Sequence record: DRR723986_1346
DNA length: 57,183 bases
Reading direction: 5' to 3' (one strand)
The notes under the pieces are model-generated. The model was not told where the DNA came from. It did no database searches and was given only the letters and a program-made list of their open reading frames with translations. A program made the translations under genes and the position numbers. Shown one piece after another: positions 1 to 9,801 of this stretch. Positions within the stretch are counted from its first letter, which is position 1. Each line of letters begins with the position of its first letter.

Positions 1-987
1 CCTCTTCCATATGGGAGCATTTGTGCGAACGGCAGCTCTTAGCTTAGAAGACCGAGACCGTGGGTTGGCCTCTTCTTCCTCAACAGAAGGTTTTACAACA
101 CCTCTTGTTTCCAATCGAAACGAGGGTGGCGTTGGGACATCCATTGCCATCGGCATGTGACGGGATGCAGCCGGCAACCGACCGGAACGCTCCGCCATAA
201 AGTTTTTCACCACACGGTCTTCAAGAGAATGAAAGCTGACAACAACCAACCGGCCATCAGCCCTTAATAAGGCCTCAGCGGCGGCAAGACCGCGCTCCAA
301 CTCGCCCATTTCATCATTCACATGAATGCGTAGCGCCTGAAAAGTACGCGTTGCCGGGTGGGTGGGCTTGCGCCCTTTTTTTACTGGTGGCCGCCCCAGA
401 ACAGTTTCAATCAACTTTGCCAGGTCCAGCGTACGCTCAAAAGGTTCTTCAGCGCGGCGACGAACAATGGCTGCAGCAATGCGCCGCGATTTACGCTCTT
501 CACCGTAGCGATAAATAATATTAGCAAGCTCGGTTTCATCGTATGTATTAACAACGTCCGCTGCCGTTTCACCCTCCCCGCTCATACGCATATCCAGCGG
601 GCCATCCTCGCGGAATGAAAATCCGCGCGCAGCTTCGTCCAGCTGAAACGAAGAAACACCAATATCCAGCATTACACCATCCACAGCTTCAACGCCGATC
701 TCGGCCATAAGTGAAACCATGTCACCGAAACGGCCTTCGCAAATACGAAAGCGGGCACCATATTCATCTTTAAACTTTTTGGATCGCGCAATGGCATCGG
801 GGTCACGGTCAACGCCGATTACGGAGCAATCCGCCGCATTCAAAACGGCGCGGGCATAGCCACCTGCACCAAACGTTCCGTCCACATACACTTCACCAGC
901 GCGGGGCTGTAGCGCCGAAAGAACTTCATCCAAAAGGACGGGGATATGTGTGTTTGCGGGTGTCTGCGCGGCTGGCATGGCGGTCAT
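1..987 (-). CDS. rsmH: 16S rRNA (cytosine1402-N4)-methyltransferase RsmH, 3' end runs off the window
   Basis: Missing from the ORF track because it has no stop in the window. Manual translation from ATG 987 gives MTAMPAAQTPANTHIPVLLDEV...YVDGTFGAGGY...HPATRTFQALRI...NPRSRSSKLRAA. ATGA overlap with the mraZ stop. Confidence 0.96.
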   Translation of the reverse strand, partial: MTAMPAAQTPANTHIPVLLDEVLSALQPRAGEVYVDGTFGAGGYARAVLNAADCSVIGVDRDPDAIARSKKFKDEYGARFRICEGRFGDMVSLMAEIGVEAVDGVMLDIGVSSFQLDEAARGFSFREDGPLDMRMSGEGETAADVVNTYDETELANIIYRYGEERKSRRIAAAIVRRRAEEPFERTLDLAKLIETVLGRPPVKKGRKPTHPATRTFQALRIHVNDEMGELERGLAAAEALLRADGRLVVVSFHSLEDRVVKNFMAERSGRLPAASRHMPMAMDVPTPPSFRLETRGVVKPSVEEEEANPRSRSSKLRAAVRTNAPIWKR

Positions 988-1466
988 GACCGCCCCCCAG
1001 TTTCCCCTGATGATTTTTCAGCTAAGGATTTTGCTTTGGACTTATCAACAACAATATTGCGCTGCTGCATACGGTGCGCAGCGAATTTAGCCGGGTCCCA
1101 AATTTGGAACATTCGACCAATACCAACAAAAGTTGCCTGGCCACCTATACCCGCATGGTCTTTCATCGCGGCGGGCAGCAAAATGCGCCCCTCCGAGTCA
1201 AAAGCCAACTGGTTGGATTCAGCAAGAATAGTGGTCGCTGTGGGCAACTCTTCAAAAGCTATAGGGTCATATTCCTGATAGAGCCGTTCAGTAAGCTGTT
1301 CCAGAAACGAGATATCAGACCCTTCAATACAAGGAAGGTTGATGTGTCGGTATATGGCAACACCGGTGAAATGACTTGTGGCCACAGCAGTTCGAAAAGA
1401 AGCGGGAACAGAAACCCTGCCCTTCTTATCGACTTTGTTTTCATATGTGGACAGGAATAATGCCAT
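984..1466 (-). CDS. mraZ: division/cell wall cluster transcriptional repressor MraZ
   Basis: Two DxxGR motifs (VDKKGRVSVP, FDSEGRILLP), FQIWDP, directly upstream of rsmH. Confidence 0.96.
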   Translation of the reverse strand: MALFLSTYENKVDKKGRVSVPASFRTAVATSHFTGVAIYRHINLPCIEGSDISFLEQLTERLYQEYDPIAFEELPTATTILAESNQLAFDSEGRILLPAAMKDHAGIGGQATFVGIGRMFQIWDPAKFAAHRMQQRNIVVDKSKAKSLAEKSSGETGGRS

Positions 1467-1555
1467 TGTCCCACAAGCCCCTCGCTTTCCCCCTCACATC
1501 GGCAATTTCATAAAAAGTGCACGACATGAGCATCCGGATAATCATCCGAACCTTT

Positions 1556-1601
1556 ATGGGATATCATGGGTAAATAGCTATGGTCAATGGGCGATCATGG
1601 G
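1556..1601. promoter_or_regulatory. Putative MraZ operator, ATGGG direct repeats
   Basis: ATGGG at 1556, 1566, 1587 and 1597 (two pairs with 10-bp spacing) upstream of mraZ. MraZ is known to bind TGGGN repeats of 10-bp period. Confidence 0.65.
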
Positions 1602-1793
1602 TCAATTCATAATAAAATCAAACTCAAAAATTACTTAAAAAACATAATTTTTATATATTAATCAATGTATTACTGTCTTTTGTTTCCTTTATGTTCCACA
1701 TTAATAAATTCAAATAAATAATCAGAACTCGAGCATTCAGCCCAAAGTTACCAACAAGTTTTAGGCATAAATCAGGCTTTTTAAGTCAATAAT

Positions 1794-1818
1794 ACCAATT
1801 TTGCCCATGTTTACCCAT
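1794..1818. promoter_or_regulatory. Second, oppositely oriented putative MraZ box cluster
   Basis: ACCAA (1794), CCCAT (1804), CCCAT (1814): 10-bp period, reading ATGGG on the minus strand. Confidence 0.45.
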
Positions 1819-2065
1819 GGCGCGATTCAGCAAATATGAGTGGCAATCAGTACGGGGTAGAGAAACAAAACACTCTCAATGCGTGCACAATCTGCAACAA
1901 TAAACTAAAATCGGCTGCCATAATTTACCAAAGAGGAAAAAATAATTTGATTTCAGTAATATAGTTGTTCGTAATGCAGTCCATTAAGAAAATATTACAA
2001 GTGACTATTTTAAGATTTAAGAGACTAACCGGAATTACATCCGGAACTAACTTTGGAGGGAAACT

Positions 2066-4501
2066 ATGAATATCAAGAGATTTAAGGCTGGCCTTCTGCT
2101 TGCTGCATCTCCGATGTGCTTTACTGTAACGGAAGTTGCCGTGGCACAAAATGATGACACAATTGAAGAAGTGTTGGTGGTTGGTTCAAGAAGCGGAAAA
2201 CCACGCGCTGCAACAGACAGCCCCGTTCCAATCGACACCTTCACCGGCGCAGCCTTTAACGCCACCGGCAATACCGCTGACCTGACGGATAATTTGAAAA
2301 ACCTGGTGCCGTCATTCACAGCATCCCCAGCTACGGGCGATGGTAGTGCCTTTGTGCGTCCAACATCACTGCGCGGCATGGCACCCGACCAGACACTTGT
2401 TCTGGTAAATGGTAAACGTCGTCACCGCTCAGCATTGGTTCAATTCTTTGCTCCTGCGGCAGGTAACGGTGCGCATGGTGTTGATATTGGTATGATCCCT
2501 GGAATTGCTCTAAAGCGTGTTGAAGTACTGCGTGACGGTGCAGCTGCACAATATGGTTCAGATGCCATCGCAGGCGTTATCAACTTCGTTGTTGATGATT
2601 CCAGCTAAGGTGGCCGCGTTGAAGCACAATACGGCCAATTCTATGACGGCGAGCAAAGCTGGAGAATTTCAGCGAATGCAGGCCTCCCCCTTGGTGACAC
2701 TGGCTTTGTTAACATCAGTGCTGAATATTGGGACAATGAAGCCCTGTCTCGCGGTGTTCAGCGCCCTAACGCCCAAGCCCTTATTGATGCTGGCGTTCAA
2801 GGTGTTGGTGCAGATAGCCCCTTTGGCGACGAACCGCTGGTGCAAACATGGGGCCGTCCTGAAACAAGCGGCGCACGCCTCTTCCTGAATTCAGGCGTTG
2901 ATTTGAACGAGAATGCACAATTTTATGTGCATGGTAACTATGCAGACACAGACGGCCGGTATCGTTTCTTCTACCGTCCGGGTGCAACTGCAACCGTTGG
3001 CTCACAGCACAGCACTATTGCTGCTCTTGTCCCGCTTGGTCTAACGGGTTCTATTCTTGAAACTGGCTACACGCCGTTCCTTGATGGCGCACAACAAGAC
3101 TATAGTGCAGTTGCTGGTATTAAGGGCGACCTGGACAATGGCCTGATATACGATATCAGTGCAGGCTACGGTCGCAATGAGCTTAACTATTTCCTTAACA
3201 ACTCTATTAATACGTCGCTTGGTGTTGTTAACGGCGCGCCTGCTCAAATGGATTTTGACATGGGCGGTTTCCAGCAAGAAGAAATCAACATAAATGCTGA
3301 TTTCTCATATGCCGTTAATGACCGTGTAAACTTTGCCTTCGGTGCTGAGTGGCGCGAGGAGCAATTTACCACAATCGCTGGTGAAACAGCTGCAACAACA
3401 GGTGTTGGCCCAAGTGGTATGTCTGCTGTGTCAAATGCGGATGCGGGCTCGTTCAGCCGTGACAACTATGCTGCCTATATCGATATCGAGCATGACATTA
3501 CTGATAAGTTGATGCTTCAGTATGCTGTTCGGTACGAAGACTTTTCAGACTTCGGTAGCACCTTCAACTATAAAGTTGCTGGTCGTTACGCAATTTCTGA
3601 CACGGTTAACCTCCGTGGTGCCATTTCTACTGGCTTCCATGCCCCTACCCCGGGTCAAGCAAATGTTAGTACCATCATCACAACATTTGACGGCGCAACT
3701 GGCCTACAGGTTGAGGAAGGCCTTATTCCTGCAACCAGCCCTGATGCAATTGCAGCAGGTGGTCAGCCTTTAACGGAAGAACAAGCGAACAACCTTAGCT
3801 TTGGTATCACGGCAGACCTGACTGACCGTACAACGTTGGTCATTGACCTATACCGGATCAATGTTGATGACCGTATTTACCGTACTGGTGATATTCAGTT
3901 GGATGCCGGGCTGCCATCAGAGCGTACAATTTCGTTCTACACGAATGCGCTCGACACGCGGTCTAAAGGTATTGACGTTGTACTGACATCTGGTTTTGAC
4001 TGGAATGATGAGGTCACAACTGACTTTACCTTCGCAGCCAACTATAACGACTTTGATGTAACAGGACAGCGTAGCTTCCTTGTGGGCGGCAACACCGTTA
4101 CACCAGTTAGCAATGCAACGGTTGAAGACATTGAAAATAACTATCCAAGCTTCCGCTTTGTCGCGACCGCCAATACGGCGTTCAATGAAAAGTGGGACCT
4201 TCTAACTCGTATCAACTATTATGGTTCGCACTTTGATGAGCGCGGCACCATTCAAGCTGATCCTGAGCTTGGCGGTAGCGCCAAAATTGGCGCAACAGTT
4301 TACGTCGATTTGGAAGTTGGATATCAGGCTACCGAGGCCCTACGCATTGTTGCGGGCGCGGCGAACCTATTCAATTCATTTGTTGACGAGATTGGCCCAC
4401 CAAATGACAACCGTTTGAGTGTTGGCCTACAGTACCCACGTCGTAGCGCCGCAAACTATGAAGGCGGTTCATGGTACGTACGGGCAAGCTATAGCTTCTA
4501 A
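2066..4501 (+). pseudogene. TonB-dependent receptor interrupted by a single in-frame TAA at 2606-2608 (about 811 codons if read through)
   Basis: ORFs 2066-2608 and 2840-4501 are in the same frame. The sequence after the stop reads GGRVEAQYGQFYDGEQ, colinear with the paralog at 4720. Signal peptide, TonB box IEEVLVVG, plug motif RVEVLRDGAAAQYGSDAIAGVINF, C-terminal F. Could be a sequencing error. Confidence 0.8.
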
Positions 4502-4531
4502 AACCGCATAAGAAGCTTAAATAGACCATTT

Positions 4532-4569
4532 AAAGAGGGCCTGTTGGTTATTACCAACGGGCCCTTTTT
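4532..4569 (+). terminator. Rho-independent terminator after TBDR1
   Basis: aaagagggcctgttggt / accaacgggcccttttt stem-loop with T tract. Confidence 0.8.
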
Positions 4570-4719
4570 CTATGCCCGGCACTATGTACAAACCAGCTTT
4601 TCGCTTTAGCTTGCCTATTAATTTGTCTCTTAGGCTTAATTTTTACTGACTGACTTTTAGGAATATTGTTTACTTGCAAAGAGAAAGCTTCAAAGTAAGC
4701 ATTAAACGGGGGAATTATA

Positions 4720-7107
4720 ATGAGTATGAAAACGGTTAAAATTAGCCTGCTATTAGCGGCGTCACCGCTAAGTTTAATGCCTGCAGAACTTGCGGCGGCA
4801 CAAGACGACGATGACTTTATTGAAGAACTACTTATCGTTGGGTCCAGAAGCGTAAAGCCGCGCTCTGCAACCGACAGCCCCGTACCCATTGACACTTTCA
4901 CTGGCAATGATTTCCGTAACTTGGGCAATGCTGCAGACATTACAGACAACCTGAAAGCATTAGTGCCTTCTTTCACGGCAACACCCGCCACAGGTGATGG
5001 AAGCGCCTTCATCCGGCCAACATCTCTGCGCGGTATGGCGCCAGACCAGACTTTAGTACTCGTCAATGGCAAGCGCCGTCATAGGTCTGCGCTGGTTCAG
5101 TTTTTTGCCCCAGCCGCTGGTAACGGCGCACACGGTGTAGACATTGGTATGATCCCCAGCATTGCCCTCAAACGCGTTGAAGTTCTTCGAGACGGTGCTG
5201 CAGCGCAGTATGGCTCAGACGCCATTGCAGGTGTTTTAAATTTTGTTATTCGTGACGACCGTGAAGGCGGCGAAGTTATCGCCCAGTACGGCCAGTTCTA
5301 TGAAGGCGAACAAAGCATGCAGTTTTCTGCGAACGCGGGCTTGCCGCTGGGCGATTATGGCTTTTTCAACATCAGCGCGGAATATTCGGATAATGACGCC
5401 TTGTCACGCGGCATTCAGCGGCCCGATGCCCAAGCCCTGATTGATGCGGGCGTGCAGGGTGTTGGCGCAGACAGCCCCTTCGGCGATGCACCGTTCGTCC
5501 AAACTTGGGGACGACCAGAAACCAGCGGCGGCAGGTTGTTCATCAATTCTGGCGTTGAAATAACAGACCGAGCCGAAATTTATTTCCACGGTAACTACGG
5601 CGACACGGAAGGCCGCTACCGGTTTTTCTATCGAACACCCGATCATTCGTCCCTCGCACCGCTCCGTGCACAAGGCTTCACAGGCCTACCCGCTGGCTAC
5701 ACGCCGTTCCTTGACGGCAACCAAACTGACCTGAGCCTTGTAGGCGGCGTAAAAGGCGACATCGGAGCTGCATGGTTTTACGACTTGAGCGTTGGGTACG
5801 GTGAAAACAAGTTGGACTATTTCCTCAACAATACAATCAACCCTTCGCTTGGCTTAACCGGCGGCCAAATACCTCAGCGCGACTTTGATGTTGGTGGCTA
5901 CGAGCAACAGGAAATTAACGTCAATGCTGATTTCTCTAAGGCAGTGTCTGAAAGCGTGAACCTAGCATTCGGGTTTGAATACCGAGAAGAAACATATGTT
6001 GTAAACCCCGGTGAGCCCAATTCATTCCTTGGGGCTGGCTCAAACGGTCTGGGTGGTTTTCGCCCAGAAGATTCGGGAACATTTAGCCGTGATAACTACG
6101 GTGCGTATATTGATATCGAACATGACATCACTGATCGCTTTTTCATGCAGTATGCCGCACGGTATGAGGATTTTTCCGACTTCGGCAGCACGCTTAACGG
6201 CAAAATCGCAGCGCGCTATAACATTAGTGACGTCGTGACGATGCGCGGCGCTGTCTCCACAGGCTTTCATGCACCAACACCCGGACAGGCAAACGTGCGC
6301 ACCACAATCACAACCTTTGACGGCGCGACGGGCCTTCAAGTTGAAGAAGGGTTAGTGCCACCAACAAGTGCCGCCGCTTTAGCTGTAGGCGGTGCACCTT
6401 TGCAGGAAGAAAGTTCAGTGAACTACAGCCTTGGTTTCTCTGCCGAACTCGGGGAGCTAACAACGCTAACCATTGATTGGTATCGTATCGAAGTGGATGA
6501 CCGCATATACCGCACCGGTGACATTGCTGTTCCGGGCGTACCTGATGCATCTATTTCATTCTATACCAACGCAATTGATGTGGTCTCAAAAGGTATTGAT
6601 GTTGTGTTGGCAACTGGTGCTGTTTGGTCAGATACAGTGAATACTGATATATCTTTCGCTCTCTCCTTCAATGAAGTTGACGTGGTTGACCAGCGTCAAG
6701 TGGGCGGCATAACCCCGGTTAGCGATAGCATTGTTGAAGATATCGAAAACAACTATCCGAACCTGCGGTTCGTTGCCACCAGCAACACATTCATTGGTAG
6801 CAATTGGAACTTTCTGGCCCGGGCTAATTTCTATGGTTCTCATTTCGATGAGCGCGGCACAATAGGCGCGGCTGTAGACCCATCAGCGAAAATTGGCGCA
6901 ACCCTCTATTTCGACATGGAACTAGGCTATCAGTTTAATGATAACTTCCGCTTGGTTGCGGGTGCGGCTAACATTTTTGACAGCTTCATCGACGAAGTGG
7001 GCCCACCGAACGCCAACCGCCTAAGCGTAGGACTGCAGTACCCACGCCGCAGCGCCGCTAATTATGAAGGGGGATCTTGGTATGTACGGGCAAGCTACCG
7101 CTTCTAG
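4720..7107 (+). CDS. TonB-dependent receptor (plug plus beta-barrel)
   Basis: Signal peptide, TonB box IEELLIVG, plug motifs LRGMAPDQTLVLVNGKRRH and YGSDAIAGVLNF, terminal YRF. Confidence 0.95.
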   Translation: MSMKTVKISLLLAASPLSLMPAELAAAQDDDDFIEELLIVGSRSVKPRSATDSPVPIDTFTGNDFRNLGNAADITDNLKALVPSFTATPATGDGSAFIRPTSLRGMAPDQTLVLVNGKRRHRSALVQFFAPAAGNGAHGVDIGMIPSIALKRVEVLRDGAAAQYGSDAIAGVLNFVIRDDREGGEVIAQYGQFYEGEQSMQFSANAGLPLGDYGFFNISAEYSDNDALSRGIQRPDAQALIDAGVQGVGADSPFGDAPFVQTWGRPETSGGRLFINSGVEITDRAEIYFHGNYGDTEGRYRFFYRTPDHSSLAPLRAQGFTGLPAGYTPFLDGNQTDLSLVGGVKGDIGAAWFYDLSVGYGENKLDYFLNNTINPSLGLTGGQIPQRDFDVGGYEQQEINVNADFSKAVSESVNLAFGFEYREETYVVNPGEPNSFLGAGSNGLGGFRPEDSGTFSRDNYGAYIDIEHDITDRFFMQYAARYEDFSDFGSTLNGKIAARYNISDVVTMRGAVSTGFHAPTPGQANVRTTITTFDGATGLQVEEGLVPPTSAAALAVGGAPLQEESSVNYSLGFSAELGELTTLTIDWYRIEVDDRIYRTGDIAVPGVPDASISFYTNAIDVVSKGIDVVLATGAVWSDTVNTDISFALSFNEVDVVDQRQVGGITPVSDSIVEDIENNYPNLRFVATSNTFIGSNWNFLARANFYGSHFDERGTIGAAVDPSAKIGATLYFDMELGYQFNDNFRLVAGAANIFDSFIDEVGPPNANRLSVGLQYPRRSAANYEGGSWYVRASYRF

Positions 7108-7130
7108 ATTAACGTAAAGGCATTCACCGC

Positions 7131-7176
7131 AAACGAAAAAGGCCGAGTGGGGTAAACCGCTCGGCCTTTTTCGTTT
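7131..7176. terminator. Bidirectional Rho-independent terminator
   Basis: aaacgaaaaaggccgagtgg / ccgctcggcctttttcgttt between convergent genes. Confidence 0.88.
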
Positions 7177-7190
7177 TCACAGAGATTACT

Positions 7191-9641
7191 TTAGCAATGC
7201 CAACATGTCTCCGCACTGCCCGAGCCAATAGGACTGCCGGGTGGCGGTGTTGGGCCAGCGGGGGTTTTCACCGCAGGCGTTTTGGCGCGGGCAAAGGCAT
7301 CATCAATGCGCTGAACAAGTATAGATACATGAGCACCTAACGCACCGCGTGCACGCTCAGAAGCACGTTTAACGTCCAACAAAGCACCGCGAACACCCGA
7401 GCGCACCAACATGCCAGTATTTGGGCTGTGAAGCGCCGCGATCAGATGTTCAGTCATGCGTTCCATCACAATCGCTCTAACGGCTGTGCTGCGCGCTGAT
7501 TCACTGCGCGACACATCCATCACGCTGCCAATAAGCTCTGTAGCAACAGTGTTAATATTGACTGTATCGGCTTCAAAATGGCTTTGTTCGGCCAAGCGCT
7601 GCAATCTTCGTGGGTGCAATAAAGCATTAAAAACCAGGTCGGCCGCTGCCGCAACGGCCTCTTCGGTGCTGAAACCCGGAGCCGCAGACCCTGAGAAAGC
7701 CTCTCGACCAAACTGTGGGTCACCGCCCCCACCGCCCCGCGGACTAAGTAGCGATGCCAAGTTCCCGTTAATCGCCAATGCTTCCGGGGACAGCGTTGCC
7801 AAAATTGCGCGCAGTGCCCGCATTTGTTCGCTCGCGCTTACTGGTACAGGTGCAGGCCTGCCGTCACCTTCAGCACGGTAGACAAAGTCATAGCCGCCAA
7901 CAAACTTCGCTGCCGCTTGTACCTGATACCGATGATACAAATACAGCGGTACAAACTTGGTTTGCAGGGCCGAGTAATGCTCCCCGTACCGCAAGTTCCG
8001 CTCTCCAAATTCAGCGAGGGCTTTGGCTCTCACCTGCATCAAACTGTTCAACTCGTCAACCGCGTCTGCGCCGTTGTCCCACAAAGACCCGCGAATATGA
8101 CCGCTGCCGGGAGAACGGCTGTCATTATCGGACACATATAATAGCCCTGCGGCATCAGCTTCTTTGAATAAGGCACGTTTTTGCGCAGGATCAGCATCAT
8201 CATATTCGCCGTACAAATATTTGGTTACCCACTTGTCCCATGCACCGATGCCAACACCGTATGCATTAGAGAAGTCAATATCACCAACTGAATTAAGCCG
8301 AACATCAGGGGCTGGGTAATCCATCACGCTTTCACGGCCATAGGAACTTGCCGCCATATTGTGTGAAAAGCCCAATGAATGACCAATTTCATGGGCCGAA
8401 AGCTGACGAATGCGCGCAAGAGCCAGCTCAACAGGGTCATCGGCTTTACCTGTGCCGGTATTCTGAGCACCGGCAAGGGCTTCAAATATCTTAATGTCTT
8501 GCCTTACACGCAGGGAGCCAAGCAACACTACACCGCGCAAAATCTCGCCAGTACGCGGGTCAAAAACAGAAGCACCGTAAGACCAACCGCGTGTCGCACG
8601 GTGCACCCAGTTAACCATGTTATAGCGCGCATCCAAGGGGTGAACATCTTCAGGCAATATCTCTGCGCGGTACCCACCCTTGAAACCGGCTGCATCAAAA
8701 GCATCAGCCCACCAGCGGGCGCCGTCTAGTAAAGCAGACCGAATAGGCTCAGGTGCAGCGTTATCAATGTAGAAAATAATCGGGTTTATAACTGTGCCAT
8801 CAGCACCCTTTTCAAGCCGGAAACGCCGCGCCAACTGCACAGCAGTATTACCGCTAAGTGGGGCAGACATATCAATATGCGCCGTTGTCACAACACCCGC
8901 ACGCTGGTCAGCAATGCGGGCCTTATAACCATCATCAGGCAGCTCTAGGAACGTCGTGTGCATAATGAGGCTAACAGAGTTTGGCACCGGCGTGGTGGCA
9001 CGCACTTCGCCGCCTGGGTTGGTGCCTGCAAATGTTACATGGGCATCAAATTCTAAATTCTTCGGGAAGGCATGTGCCTCGTTCGTGTCAACAAAACTGC
9101 GGGATGGGTCAATTTTAAATGACCCCTGCCCTCTGCTTCTCAACTGCGCTGCAACGCCGACAGCATCGCGCATGAGTAAGCTGGATATATCAATGAGAAC
9201 TTCGCCTTCTTCAGATGTCTCAATAATTGATGTCGACCAAATTACCGACTGGGCAAAGCTGGTTTCCACTGCTTTCTTCTCGGCCAAGCTGTCAGCACTT
9301 GCGCGGTAACGATGGTTTTCTATTACCGCCATTACTTTTTCGCCAGCTTGTCTGAACGAGAGTATATGACTATCCGACGGACGGCTTCGATCGAGCCCAA
9401 CCGGGTTAGAGCCAAGCCCTGCGGTCAAGTAACCTGTATAGATATATCGGCCCAAAGTGCCATCTGATTGTGGCTGTAGCGAAAGCATCACCTTACCGTT
9501 GTCTGCATCAACAATGGTGGTGATCAACCCTTGTTTTACATCCAGGCCCTGAATGGCCTCGCTATAGTCTGCTTTAGCAGCCACCGACAGTAATAAAGCC
9601 ATACTGAAAGCAACCAAGCTTGATGAAACCTTGCTGAACAT
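7191..9641 (-). CDS. Secreted zinc-dependent metalloprotease (metzincin, DUF5117/DUF4953-type)
   Basis: HEIGHSLGFSH (HExxHxxGxxH), Met-turn SVMDY, DPRTGEI, C-terminal PPGSPIG. Probable start ATG 9641 (MFSKVSS..., signal peptide). Confidence 0.88.
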   Translation of the reverse strand: MFSKVSSSLVAFSMALLLSVAAKADYSEAIQGLDVKQGLITTIVDADNGKVMLSLQPQSDGTLGRYIYTGYLTAGLGSNPVGLDRSRPSDSHILSFRQAGEKVMAVIENHRYRASADSLAEKKAVETSFAQSVIWSTSIIETSEEGEVLIDISSLLMRDAVGVAAQLRSRGQGSFKIDPSRSFVDTNEAHAFPKNLEFDAHVTFAGTNPGGEVRATTPVPNSVSLIMHTTFLELPDDGYKARIADQRAGVVTTAHIDMSAPLSGNTAVQLARRFRLEKGADGTVINPIIFYIDNAAPEPIRSALLDGARWWADAFDAAGFKGGYRAEILPEDVHPLDARYNMVNWVHRATRGWSYGASVFDPRTGEILRGVVLLGSLRVRQDIKIFEALAGAQNTGTGKADDPVELALARIRQLSAHEIGHSLGFSHNMAASSYGRESVMDYPAPDVRLNSVGDIDFSNAYGVGIGAWDKWVTKYLYGEYDDADPAQKRALFKEADAAGLLYVSDNDSRSPGSGHIRGSLWDNGADAVDELNSLMQVRAKALAEFGERNLRYGEHYSALQTKFVPLYLYHRYQVQAAAKFVGGYDFVYRAEGDGRPAPVPVSASEQMRALRAILATLSPEALAINGNLASLLSPRGGGGGDPQFGREAFSGSAAPGFSTEEAVAAAADLVFNALLHPRRLQRLAEQSHFEADTVNINTVATELIGSVMDVSRSESARSTAVRAIVMERMTEHLIAALHSPNTGMLVRSGVRGALLDVKRASERARGALGAHVSILVQRIDDAFARAKTPAVKTPAGPTPPPGSPIGSGSAETCWHC

Positions 9642-9801
9642 CCCTAATTCCTCACTTCGAAACCAAACCCAAAATCTTGAAATCCTATAAAACGGTTTTT
9701 GAACCGTCTTGTCCATCAAGACTAGCAATAAGTCGTGGTCTAAAGCGATAAAGTGGGAGTTTTGTTTGGTTCAGAAACAGAATCTAAAAACTACGCCACC
9801 G

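Noticed and set aside
1984-1998. TTAA-N7-TTAC, a CtrA-like site upstream of TBDR1
   Set aside because: Imperfect match in very AT-rich DNA, not distinguishable from chance.
2606-2608. Stop-codon recoding (Sec/Pyl or an alternative genetic code)
   Set aside because: The codon is TAA, which ends many genes in this window, and the paralog has Glu at this position.
2047-5072. Two similar antisense ORFs (2047-2379 and 4551-5072)
   Set aside because: Their similarity only mirrors the paralogous TBDR plug regions on the opposite strand.
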